A stretch of DNA of 64,000 bases from positions 1 to 64,000 of the forward strand of contig JAXLNO010000467.1 of NCBI GenBank assembly GCA_038087875.1, given 5' to 3'. Positions 42,322 through 53,278 of this stretch are shown piece by piece. Each line of letters opens with the position of its first letter. Position 1 is the first letter of the stretch. Under the pieces are notes generated by a model that was given only the letters and a program-made list of their open reading frames with translations, was not told where the DNA came from and did not search any database. This DNA comes from Malacoraja senta (lineage: Eukaryota). Made by a program: the position numbers and the translations under genes.

Positions 42322-45300
42322 AGGTCGCCACATATCCGGCAAGGTCGCCATATTTCCGGCAAGGTCGCATGAATCCGGCAAGGTCGCCACAAATCCGGCA
42401 AAGTAGCCATATTTCCGGCTAGGTCGCCATAAATCCGGCAAGGTCGCCACAAATCCGGCAAGGTCGCCATATTTCCGGCAAGGTCGCCACAAATCCGTCA
42501 AGCTTTGCCATATTTCCGGCAAGGTCGCCATAAATCCGGCAAGGTCGCCACAAATCCGACAAGGTAGCCATATTTCCGCCAAGTTCTCCATAAATCCGGC
42601 ATGGTGGCCACAAATCAGGGAAGGTCGCCATATTTCCGGCGAGGTGGCCATAAATGCGGCAAGGTCGCCATAAATCTGGCAAGGTCGCCATAAATCCGGC
42701 AAGGTCGCATGAATCCGGCAAGGTCGCCATATTTCCGGCAAGGTCGCATGAATCCGGCAAGGTCGCCACAAATCCGGCAAGGTCGCCATAAATCCGGCAT
42801 GGTGGCCACAAATCAGGGAAGATCGCCATATTTCCTGCAAGGTCACCATAAATCCGGCGTTCGCCATATTTCCGGCAAGATCGCCATAAATCCGGCGTCG
42901 CCACAAATCCGGCAAGATGGCCATATTTCTGGCACGTTCGCGATAAATCCGGTAAGGTCGCCACAAATCAAGCAAGGTCGCCACATTTCCGGCAAGGTAG
43001 CCATAAATCCCGCAAGGTCGGCACAAATCCGGCAAATGTCGCCATATTTCCGGCAAGGTCGCCATAAATCCGGCAAGGTCGCCACAAATCCGGCAGAGTC
43101 GCCTATTTCCGGCAAGGTCGCCATAAATGCGGCAAGGTCTCCACAAATATGGCAAGGTCGCCATATATCCGGCAAGGACGCCATAAATCCGGAAAGGTCG
43201 CCACAAATCCGGCAAGGTGGCCACAAATCAGGGAAGTTCGCAATATTTCCGGCAAGGTCGCCATAAACCCGGCAAGGTCGCCACATTTCCGGCGAGGTCG
43301 CCATAAATCCGGCAAGGTCGCCACAAATCCGGCAAGGTCGCTATAAATAAGGCGAGGTCGCCATATATCCGGCAAGGTCGCCGGAAATTCCTGCAAGGTC
43401 GCCATAAATCCCGCACGGTCGCCACAAATCCGGCGAAGTAGCCATATTTCAGGCAAGGTCGCCATAAATCCGACAAGGTCGCCACAATTCCGGCGAGGTC
43501 GCCATATTTACGGCAAGGTCGCCATAAATCCGGCAAAGTCGGCATATATCCGGCAAGGTCGCCACAAACCCGACAATGTCGCCATATTTCCGACAAGGTC
43601 GCCATTAATCCGGGAACGTCGCCATAAATGCGGCGAGGTCGCCTTATTTCCGGCAAGCTCGCCACGTCTGGCAAGGTCGCCATAAATCCTACGATGTCGC
43701 CATACTTCCGGCAAGGACGCCACAAATCCGGAAAGGTCGCCATAAATCCGGCAAGGTCGCTATAAATCCGGCAAGGTCGTCAGAAATCCGGCAACGTCGC
43801 CATATTTCCGGCAAGATCGCTATATATCCGGCAAGGTCGCCACAAACCCGGCAAGGTCGCCATATTTTCGACAAGGTCGCCGTAAATCCGGCAAGGTCGC
43901 CAGAAATCCGGCAAGGTCGCCATATTTACGGCAAGGTCGCCATAAATCCGGCAAAGTCGGCATATATCCGGCAAGGTCGCCACAACCCGACAATGTCGCC
44001 ATATTTCCGACAAGGTCGCCATAAATCCGGGAACGTCGCCACAAATCAGGCAAGGCCGCCATATTTCCGGCATGGTCGCCAGAAATCCGACATTGCCGCC
44101 ATATTTCCGGCAATGTCGTCATAAATCCGGCAAGGTCGTCACAAATCCGGCAAGATCGGCATAAATCCGGCAAGGTCGCCACAAACCCGACAATGTCGCC
44201 ATATTTCCGGCAAGGTCGCCAGAAATCCCGCAAGGTCGCCACAAATCCGGCGAAGAAGCCATATTTCCGGAAAGGTCGCCATAAATCCGGCAAGGTCGCC
44301 ATAAATGCGGCGAGGTCGCCATGTTTCCGGCAAGGTCGCCACAAGTCTGGCAACGTCGCCATAAATCCTACGATGTCGCCATATTTCCAGCAAGGTCGCC
44401 ACAAATCCGGAAAGGTAGCCATAAATCCGGCAATGTCGCCATAAATCCGGCAAGGTCGTCAGAAATCCGGCAACGTCGCCATATTTCCGGCAAGATCGCC
44501 ATATATCCGGCAAGGTCGCCACAAACCCGGCAAGGTCGCCATATTTTCGACAAGTTCGCCATAAATCCGGCAAGGTCGCCACAAATCCGGCAAGGTCGCC
44601 ATATTTCCGACAAGGTCACCATAAATCCGGCAAGGTCGCCACAAATCCGGCAAGGTCGCCATATTTACGGCAAGGTCGCCATAAATCCGGCAAGGTCGCC
44701 ACAAATCCGGCAAGGTCGACATATTTACGGCAAGGTCGTCATATTTCTGGCAAGGTCGCCATATATCCCGCGAGCTCGCCATATTTCCGGCAAGGTCGCC
44801 ACAAATCCGGCAAGGTCGTCATAAATCCGGCGAGGTCGCCATATTTTCGGCTTCGCCTCAAATCCTGCAATGTCGCCATAAATCCGGAGAGGTCGCCATA
44901 TTACAGGCAATGTCGCCACAAATACGGAAAGTTCGCCATAATTCCGTCATAGTAGCCATAAATCCGGCAAGGTCGCCACAAACCAGGCATGGTCGCCATA
45001 TTTCCGGCAAAGTCGCCATATTTCCGGCAAGGTCGCCATAAATGCGGCGAGGTCGCCATATTTCCGGCAAGGTCGCCATAAATCCGGCGATGTTGCCATA
45101 TTTCCGGCAGGGTAGACAGAAATCCGTCAAGGTCGCCATATTTCCGGCAAGGTCGCCATACATCCGGCAAGATCGCCACAAATCCGGCAAGGTCGCCATA
45201 TTCCCGACATGGTCGCCATAAATCCGGCAAGGTCGCCACAAATCTGGCAAGGTCGCCATATTTCCGGCAAGGTCGCCATAAATCCGGCAATGTCGCCACA

Positions 45301-45382
45301 AATCCGGCAAGGTCGCCATATTTCCGGCAAAGTCGCCATAAATCCGGCAAGGTCGCCACAAATCCGGCAAGGTCGCCATATT

Positions 45383-48303
45383 TCCGGCAAGGTCGCCATA
45401 TTTCCGGCAAGGTCGCCGTAAATCGGGCGAGGTCGCCATAAATCCGGCGAGGTCGTCATATTTCCGGCAAGGTCGCCATATATCCGGCGAGGTCGCCATA
45501 TTTCCGGCAAGTTCGCCAATTATCCGGCAAGGTCGCATTAAATCCAGCGAGGTAGCCATATTTCCGGCAAGGTCGCCACAAATCCGGCAAGGTCGCCATA
45601 AATCCGGCAAGGTCGCCATAAGTCCAGCAACGTCGCCATATTTCCGCCAAGGTCGCCATAACTCCGGCGAGGCCGCCATATTTCCGGCTTGGTCGCCATA
45701 AATCCGGCGAGGTCTACCTATTTCCGGCAAGGTCGCCATATTTCCGGCAAGTTCGCCACAAATTCGGCGAGGTCGCTATATTTCCGGCAAGGTCGCCATA
45801 TATCCGGCAAGGTCGCCATAAATCCGGCGAGGTCGCCATATTTCCGGCAAAGTCGCCACAAATCCAGCAAGGTCGCCTTAAATCCGGCAAGGTCGCCATA
45901 TTTCCGGCAAGTTCGCCACAAATCCGGCAAGGTCGCCATATTTCCGGCAAGGTCGCCGTAAATCCGGCAAGGTCGCAACAAATCGGCGAGGACGCCATAT
46001 TTCCGGCAAGGTCGCCATAAATCCGGCAAGGTCGCCACAAATACGGCTAGGTCGCCATATTTCCGGCAAGGTCGGCATAAATCCGGCAAGGTCGCCACAA
46101 ATCAATGTCGCCATAAATCCGGCAAGGTCGCCACAAATCAATGTCGCCATATTTCCGGCATGGTCCCCAGAAATCCGACAATGTCGCCATATTTCCGGCA
46201 AGGTCGTCATAAACCCGGCAAGGTCGCCACAAATCCGGCGAGGTCGCCATATTTCCGGCAAGGTCGCCATAAATCCGGCAAGGTCGGCATAAATCCGGCA
46301 AGGTCGCCACAAATCAATGTCGTCATATTTCCGGCAAGGTCGCCATAAATCCGACAAGGTCGCCACAAATCCGGCAAGGTCGCCATATTTCCGGCAAGGT
46401 CGGCATAAATCCGGCAAGGTCGCCACAAATCAATGTCGCCATATTTCCGGCAAGGTCGCCATAAATGCGACAAGGTCGCCACAAATCCGGCGAAGTCTCC
46501 ATATTTCCGGCACGGTCGCCACAAAACCGGCAAGGTCGCCATAATTCGGGCAAGGTCGCCATATTTCCGGCAAGGTCACCATAAATCCGGCAAGATCGCC
46601 ATAAATCCGGCGAGGTCGCCATTAATCCGGCGAAGTCGCCATGAATCCGGCGAGGTCGTCATATTTCCGGCAAGTTCGCCATAAATCCGGCAAGGTCGCC
46701 ATAATTCGGGCAAGGTCGCCATATTTCCGGCAAGGACGCCACAAATCCGGCAAGGTCGCCATAAATTCGGCAAGGTCGCCATATTTCCGACAAGGTCGCC
46801 ATAAATCTGGCAAGGTTGCCTCAAATCCGGCAAGGTCGCCATATTTCCGGCAAGGTCGCCGTAAATCGGGCGAGGTCGCCATAAATCCGGCGAGGTCGTC
46901 ATATTTCCGGCAAGGTCGCCATATATCCGGCGAGGTCGCCATATTTCCGGCAAGTTCGCCAATTATCCGGCAAGGTCGCATTAAATCCAGCGAGGTAGCC
47001 ATATTTCCGGCAAGGTCGCCACAAATCCGGCAAGGTCGCCATAAATCCGGCAAGGTCGCCATAAGTCCAGCAACGTCGCCATATTTCCGCCAAGGTCGCC
47101 ATAACTCCGGCGAGGCCGCCATATTTCCGGCTTGGTCGCCATAAATCCGGCGAGGTCTACCTATTTCCGGCAAGGTCGCCATATTTCCGGCAAGTTCGCC
47201 ACAAATTCGGCGAGGTCGCTATATTTCCGGCAAGGTCGCCATATATCCGGCAAGGTCGCCATAAATCCGGCGAGGTCGCCATATTTCCGGCAAAGTCGCC
47301 ACAAATCCAGCAAGGTCGCCTTAAATCCGGCAAGGTCGCCATATTTCCGGCAAGTTCGCCACAAATCCGGCAAGGTCGCCATATTTCCGGCAAGGTCGCC
47401 GTAAATCCGGCAAGGTCGCAACAAATCGGCGAGGACGCCATATTTCCGGCAAGGTCGCCATAAATCCGGCAAGGTCGCCACAAATACGGCTAGGTCGCCA
47501 TATTTCCGGCAAGGTCGGCATAAATCCGGCAAGGTCGCCACAAATCAATGTCGCCATAAATCCGGCAAGGTCGCCACAAATCAATGTCGCCATATTTCCG
47601 GCATGGTCGCCAGAAATCCGACAATGTCGCCATATTTCCGGCAAGGTCGTCATAAACCCGGCAAGGTCGCCACAAATCCGGCGAGGTCGCCATATTTCCG
47701 GCAAGGTCGCCATAAATCCGGCAAGGTCGGCATAAATCCGGCAAGGTCGCCACAAATCAATGTCGTCATATTTCCGGCAAGGTCGCCATAAATCCGACAA
47801 GGTCGCCACAAATCCGGCAAGGTCGCCATATTTCCGGCAAGGTCGGCATAAATCCGGCAAGGTCGCCACAAATCAATGTCGCCATATTTCCGGCAAGGTC
47901 GCCATAAATGCGACAAGGTCGCCACAAATCCGGCGAAGTCTCCATATTTCCGGCACGGTCGCCACAAAACCGGCAAGGTCGCCATAATTCGGGCAAGGTC
48001 GCCATATTTCCGGCAAGGTCACCATAAATCCGGCAAGATCGCCATAAATCCGGCGAGGTCGCCATTAATCCGGCGAAGTCGCCATAAATCCGGCGAGGTC
48101 GTCATATTTCCGGCAAGTTCGCCATAAATCCGGCAAGGTCGCCATAATTCGGGCAAGGTCGCCATATTTCCGGCAAGGACGCCACAAATCCGGCAAGGTC
48201 GCCATAAATTCGGCAAGGTCGCCATATTTCCGACAAGGTCGCCATAAATCTGGCAAGGTTGCCTCAAATCCGGCAAGGTCGCCATATTTCCGGCAAGGTC
48301 GCC
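45383..48303 (+). repeat. Near-identical tandem duplication, unit 1443 bp; more diverged related copies to about 51.4 kb
   Basis: ORFs 45456/46899, 45689/47132, 45878/47321 and 46433/47876. Marker gtaaatcgggcgagg at 45418, 46861 and about 48823. Confidence 0.92.
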
Positions 48304-51300
48304 ATAAATCCGGCAAGGTGGCGTCAAATCCGGCAAGGTCGCACACATTTCCATCAAGGTAGCCATATATTCGGCAAGGTCGCGTCAAATCCGGCAAGGT
48401 CGCCACATTTCCGGCAAGGTCGCCATAGATCCGGCAAGGTCGCCACAAATCCGGCAAGGTCGCCACATTTCCGGCAAGGTCGCCACAAACCAGGCATGGT
48501 CGCTACATTACCGGCAAGGACGCCATAATTCCAGCAAGGTCGCCACATTTCGTCAAGGTCGCCTTGAATCCGGCAAGGTCGACACAAATCCGGCAAGGTC
48601 GCAACATTTCGGCAAGTTCGCCATAAATCCTGCATCGTCGTCACAAATCCGGCAATGTCGCCATATTCCCGGCAAGGTCGTCATAAATCCGGCAATGTCG
48701 CCACAAATCCGGCAAGGTCGCCATATTTCCGGCAAAGTCGCCATAAATCCGGCAAGGTCGCCACAAATCCGGCAAGGTCGCCATATTTCCGGCAAGGTCG
48801 CCATATTTCCGGCAAGGTCGCCGTAAATCGGGCGAGGTCGCCATAAATCCGGCGAGGTCGCCATATTTCCGGCAAGGTCGCCATAAATCCGGCAAGGTCG
48901 CCATATTTCCGGCAAGTTCGCCACAAATCCGGCAAGGTCGCCATATTTCCGGCAAGGTCGCCGTAAATCCGGCAAGGTCGCAACAAATCCGGCGAGGACG
49001 CCATATTTCCGGCAAGGTCGCCATAAATCCGGCAAGGTCGCCACAAATACGGCTCGGTCGCCATATTTCCGGCAAGGTCGGCATAAATCCGGCAAGGTCG
49101 CCACAAATCAATGTCGACATAAATCCGGCAAGGTCGCCACAAATCAATGTCGCCATATTTCCGGCATGGTCGCCAGAAATCCGACAATGTCGCCATATTT
49201 CCGGCAAGGTCGTCATAAACCCGGCAAGGTCGCCACAAATCCGGCGAGGTCGCCATATTTCCGGCAAGGTCGCCATAAATGCGGCAAGGTCGGCATAAAT
49301 CCGGCAAGGTCGCCACAAATCAATGTCGTCATATTTCCGGCAACGTCGCCATAAATCCGACAAGGTCGCCACAAATCGGGCAAGGTCGCCATATTTCCGG
49401 CAAGGTCGGCATAAATCCGGCAAGGTCGCCACAAATCAATGCCGCCATATTTCCGGCAAGGTCGCCATAAATCCGACAAGGTCGCCACAAATCCGGCGAA
49501 GTCTCCATATTTCCGGCACGGTCGCCACAAATCCGGCAAGGTCGCCATAAATCCGGCGAGGTCGCCATATTTCCGGCACGGTCGCCACAAATCCGGCAAG
49601 ATCGCCATAAATCCGGGGAGGTCGCCATATTTCCGGCAAGGTCGCCACAAATCCGGGAAGGTCGCCATAAATCCGGCAAGTTCGCCACAAAACCGGCAAG
49701 GTCGCCATAATTCGGGCAAGGTCGCCATATTTCCGGCAAGGTAACCATAAATCCGGCGAAGTCGCCATAAATCCGGCGACGTCGCCATATTTCCGGCAAG
49801 TTCGCCATAAATCCGGCAAGGGCGGCATAATTCCGGAAAAGTCGCCATAAATGCGGCAAGGTCGCCACAAATCCGGCCAGGTCGCCATAAATTCGGCAAG
49901 GTCGCCATATTTCCGACAAGGTCGCCATAAATCTGGCAAGGTTGCCTCAAATCCGGCAAGGTCGCCATATTTCCGGCAAGGTCGCCATAAATCCGGCAAG
50001 GTGGCGTCAAATCCGGCAAGGTCGCACACATTTCCATCAAGGTAGCCATATATTCGGCAAGGTCGCGTCAAATCCGGCAAGGTCGCCACATTTCCGGCAA
50101 GGTCGCCATAGATCCGGCAAGGTCGCCACTAATCCGGCAAGGTCGCCTTGAATCCGGCAAGGTCGACACAAATCCGGCAAGGTCGCAACATTTCGGCAAG
50201 TTCACCATAAATCCTGCATCGTCGTCACAAATCCGGCACTGTCGCCATATTTCCGGCAAGGTCGTCATAAATCCGGCAAGGTCTCCACAAATCCGGCAAG
50301 GTCGCCATATTTCCGGGAAGGTCGCCAGAAATCCGCAAGGTCGCCACAAATCCGGCGAAGTAGCCATATTTCCGGCAAGGTCGCCATAAACCCGGCAAGG
50401 TTGCACAAATACGGCGAGGTCGCCATATTACCGGCAAGGTAGCCAGAAATCCGGCAAGTTCGCCACAAATCCGGCGAGGACGCCATATTCCCGGCAAGGT
50501 CACCATATTTCCGGCAAAGTCGCCATAAATCCGGCAAGGTCGCCACAAATCCGGCAAGGTCGCCATATTTCCGGCAAGGTCGCCATATTTCGGGCAAGGT
50601 CGCCATAAATCGGGCGAGGTCGCCATAAATCCGGCGATGTCGCCATATTTCCGGCAAGGTCGCCATATATCCGGCGAGGTCGCCATATTTCCGGCAATTT
50701 CGCCAATTATCCGGCAAGGTCGCATTAAATCCGGCGAGGTAGCCATATTTCCGGCAAGGTCGCCACAAATCCGGCAAGTCGCCATAAATCCGGCAAGGTC
50801 GCCAGAACTCCAGCAAGGTCGCCATATTTCCGGCAAGGTCGCCATAACTCCGGCGAGGTCGCCATATTTCCGGGAAGGTCGCCATAAATCCGACGAGGTC
50901 TCCATATTTCCGGGAAGGTCGCCATATTTCCGGGAAGTTCGCCACAAATTCGGCGAGGTCGCCATATTTCCGGCAAGGTCGCCATATATCAGGCAAAGTC
51001 GCCACAAATCCGGCAAGGTCGCCATATTTCCGGCGAGGTCGTCATAAATCCCGCAAAGTCGCCACAAATCCTGCAAGGTCGACGTATTTCCAGCAAGGTC
51101 TCCATAAATCCGGCAAGGTCGCCACAAATACGGCTAGGTCGCCATATTTCCGGCAAGGTCGGCATAAATCCGGCAAGGTCGCCACAAATCAAGGTCGCCA
51201 TATTTCCGGCAAGGTCGCCATAAATCCGACAAGGTCGCCACAAATCCGGCGAGGTCGCCATATTTCCGGCAAGGTTGCCACAAATCCGGCAAGGTCGCCA

Positions 51301-52504
51301 TAATTCCGGCGAGGTCGCCATATTTCCGGCACGGTCGCCACAAATCCGGCAAGATCGCCATAAATCCTGCGAGGTCTCCCTATTTCCGGCAAGGTCGCCA
51401 TAAATCCGGAAAGGTCGCCATAAATCCGGCAAGTTCGCCACAAAACCGGCAAGGTCGCCATAATTCGGGCAAGGTCGCCATAAATCCAGCATGGTCGCCA
51501 TAAATCCGGCGAGGTCGCCACATTTCCGGCAAGGTCGTCCTAAATCCGGCGAGGCCGCCATAAATCCGGCCAGATCGCCATATTCCCGGCAAGGTCGCCG
51601 TAAATCCGGCGAGGTCGCCATAAATCCGGCGAGGTCGCCATATTTCCGGCAAGGACGCCATAAATCCGGCGAGGTCGCCATATTTCCGGCAAGGTCGGCA
51701 TTTTTCCGGCAAGGTCGCCATAAATCCGGCGAGGTCACCATATTTCCGGCAAAGTCGACACAAATTCGGCAAGGTCGCCATAAATCCGGCAAGGTCGCCA
51801 TATTTCCGGCAAGGTCGCCACAACTCCGGCATGGGCGCCATAAAGCCCGCGAGGTCGCCATATTTCCGGCATGGTCGCCACAAATCCGGCAAGGTCGCCA
51901 TAATTCCGGCAAGGTCGCCATAAATCCTGCAAGGTCGCCACAAATCCGGCAAGGTCTCCATATTTGCGGCAAGGTCGCCATAAATTCGGCAAGGTCGCCA
52001 CAAATCCGGCATGGTCGCCATATTTCCGGCAAGGTCGCCATATTTACGGCAATGTCGCCATAAATCCGGCAATGTCGCCACAAATCCGGCATGGTCGCCA
52101 TATTTCCGGCAAGGTCGCCATATTTCCGGCAAGGTCGCCATAAATCCGCAAGGTCGCCACAAATCCGGCAAGGTCGCCATATTTCCGGCAAGGTCGCCAT
52201 TAATCCGGGAACGTCGCCACAAATCAGGCAAGGTCGCCATATTTCCGGCAAGGTCGCCACAAATCCGACAATGTCGCCATATTTCCGGCAAGGTCGTCAT
52301 AAATCCGGCAAAGTCGCCACTAGTCCGAAAAGGTCGGCATAAATCCGGCAAGGTCGCCACAAATCCGACAATGTTTACATATTACCGGCAAGGTCGCCAT
52401 AAACCCGGCAAGGTCGCCATATTTCCGGCAAGGTCGTCATAAATCCGGCAAGGTCGCCACAAATCGGGCAAGGTCGCCATATTCCCGGCAAGGTAGCCAG
52501 AAAT

Positions 52505-53035
52505 AGTGGTTTTGAGCGTTTCAGGTTTTAATCGGCTTAGAGGGTTTTAGAAGGGTTTACATGCGTTTACAGGGCTTTATAGGGGTTTACAAGGGGTTAC
52601 AGGCTTTGACATGTGTTTACATGTGTTTAGAGAGGATTGGAGGGGGTTACAGGGGTTTAGAGGAGTTGAGAGGGTTTTAGAGGTGTACTTGGGGTTTACA
52701 TGGGTTTAGATGGCCTTAGATGGGGTTTATATGGGTTTAGAGGGGATTACAGCGATATACTGGTGTTTACATGGTACTTGGGGTATACATGGTGTTTACA
52801 CATGTTTACAGGGGTTTAGTGGGGTTTGAAGGGTTTAGAAGGGTTTAGAGGCGTTTTGAGGGATTTACAGAGGTTTAGAGGAGTTTACAGTGATACCAGG
52901 TGTTTAGCATGGTTTACATGGGTTTAGAGAGGTTTACCGGGGGTTTAGAGGGATTTAGAGGGTTTTATAGGTGTTTACGGGCGTTTTGAGTGGATTACAT
53001 GCGTTTACGGGGTTTGGAGTGGGTTGCAGGCGTTT
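52505..53035. repeat. Degenerate 10-bp tandem repeat, consensus about AGGGGTTTA(C/G), G/T-rich on the + strand (about 50 units)
   Basis: In-phase units from 52541: agggttttag aagggtttac atgcgtttac agggctttat aggggtttac aaggggttac ... aggggtttag aggagttgag agggttttag. Strong G/T versus C skew; no clear relation to the 20-mer. Confidence 0.9.
52811..52843 (+). other. Predicted G-quadruplex-forming motif GGGG-TTTAGT-GGGG-TTTGAA-GGG-TTTAGAA-GGG
   Basis: Four runs of at least 3 G with loops of 6, 6 and 7 nt, matching the standard G3+N1-7 x4 pattern. Folding itself is not shown. Confidence 0.6.
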
Positions 53036-53078
53036 AATAATAATAGCAATAATAGATTTTATTTATATAGCGCTGTTC
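53033..53078 (-). mobile_element. Possible 3' tail of an L2/CR1-group LINE or derived SINE, cut off by the gap
   Basis: Minus strand reads GAACAGCGCTATATAAATAAAATCTATTATTGCTATTATTATTAAA. An AGCGCTATATAAAT motif followed by an (ATT)n-like tail resembles, from recall, L2-type 3' ends. Only about 45 bp are visible. Confidence 0.45.
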
Positions 53079-53278
53079 NNNNNNNNNNNNNNNNNNNNNN
53101 NNNNNNNNNNNNNNNNNNNNNNNNNNNNNNNNNNNNNNNNNNNNNNNNNNNNNNNNNNNNNNNNNNNNNNNNNNNNNNNNNNNNNNNNNNNNNNNNNNNN
53201 NNNNNNNNNNNNNNNNNNNNNNNNNNNNNNNNNNNNNNNNNNNNNNNNNNNNNNNNNNNNNNNNNNNNNNNNNNNNNN
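53079..53278. other. Scaffold gap, exactly 200 N (placeholder of unknown true size)
   Basis: Run of 200 N. A round number like this is typical of a scaffolding or curation join rather than a measured gap. Confidence 0.98.

Larger units (their letters stand above)
1..52504 (+). repeat. Tandem satellite array, 20-bp monomer CCGGCAAGGTCGCCAYAWWT (about 2,600 monomers), forward orientation; continues past the left window edge
   Basis: Directly visible 20-bp periodicity: 60-bp lines keep the same phase for kilobases. Core CCGGCAAGGTCGCCA is followed by CAAAT/TAAAT/TATTT/CATTT. Last recognisable monomer is ...cccggcaaggtagccagaaat at about 52484-52504. Confidence 0.99.

Noticed and set aside
1..52504. 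CRISPR array (constant core with variable intervening bases)
   Set aside because: The variable part is only about 5 bp with four recurring states, not unique spacers of about 30 bp. There are no cas genes or leader.
52505..53035. Canonical plant (TTTAGGG) or vertebrate (TTAGGG) telomere tract
   Set aside because: The period is 10 bp, not 6 or 7, and there are no tandem exact canonical units. Kept only as telomere-like.
52505..53035. The 10-bp repeat as a half-monomer ancestor of the 20-bp satellite
   Set aside because: Similarity is limited to TAAA-CC on the opposite strand, too little to support homology.
53052..53072. TATA box or polyadenylation signal (minus strand TATATAAATAAA)
   Set aside because: No associated gene is visible. 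The motif is better explained as a retroelement-like tail or AT-rich filler at a contig end.
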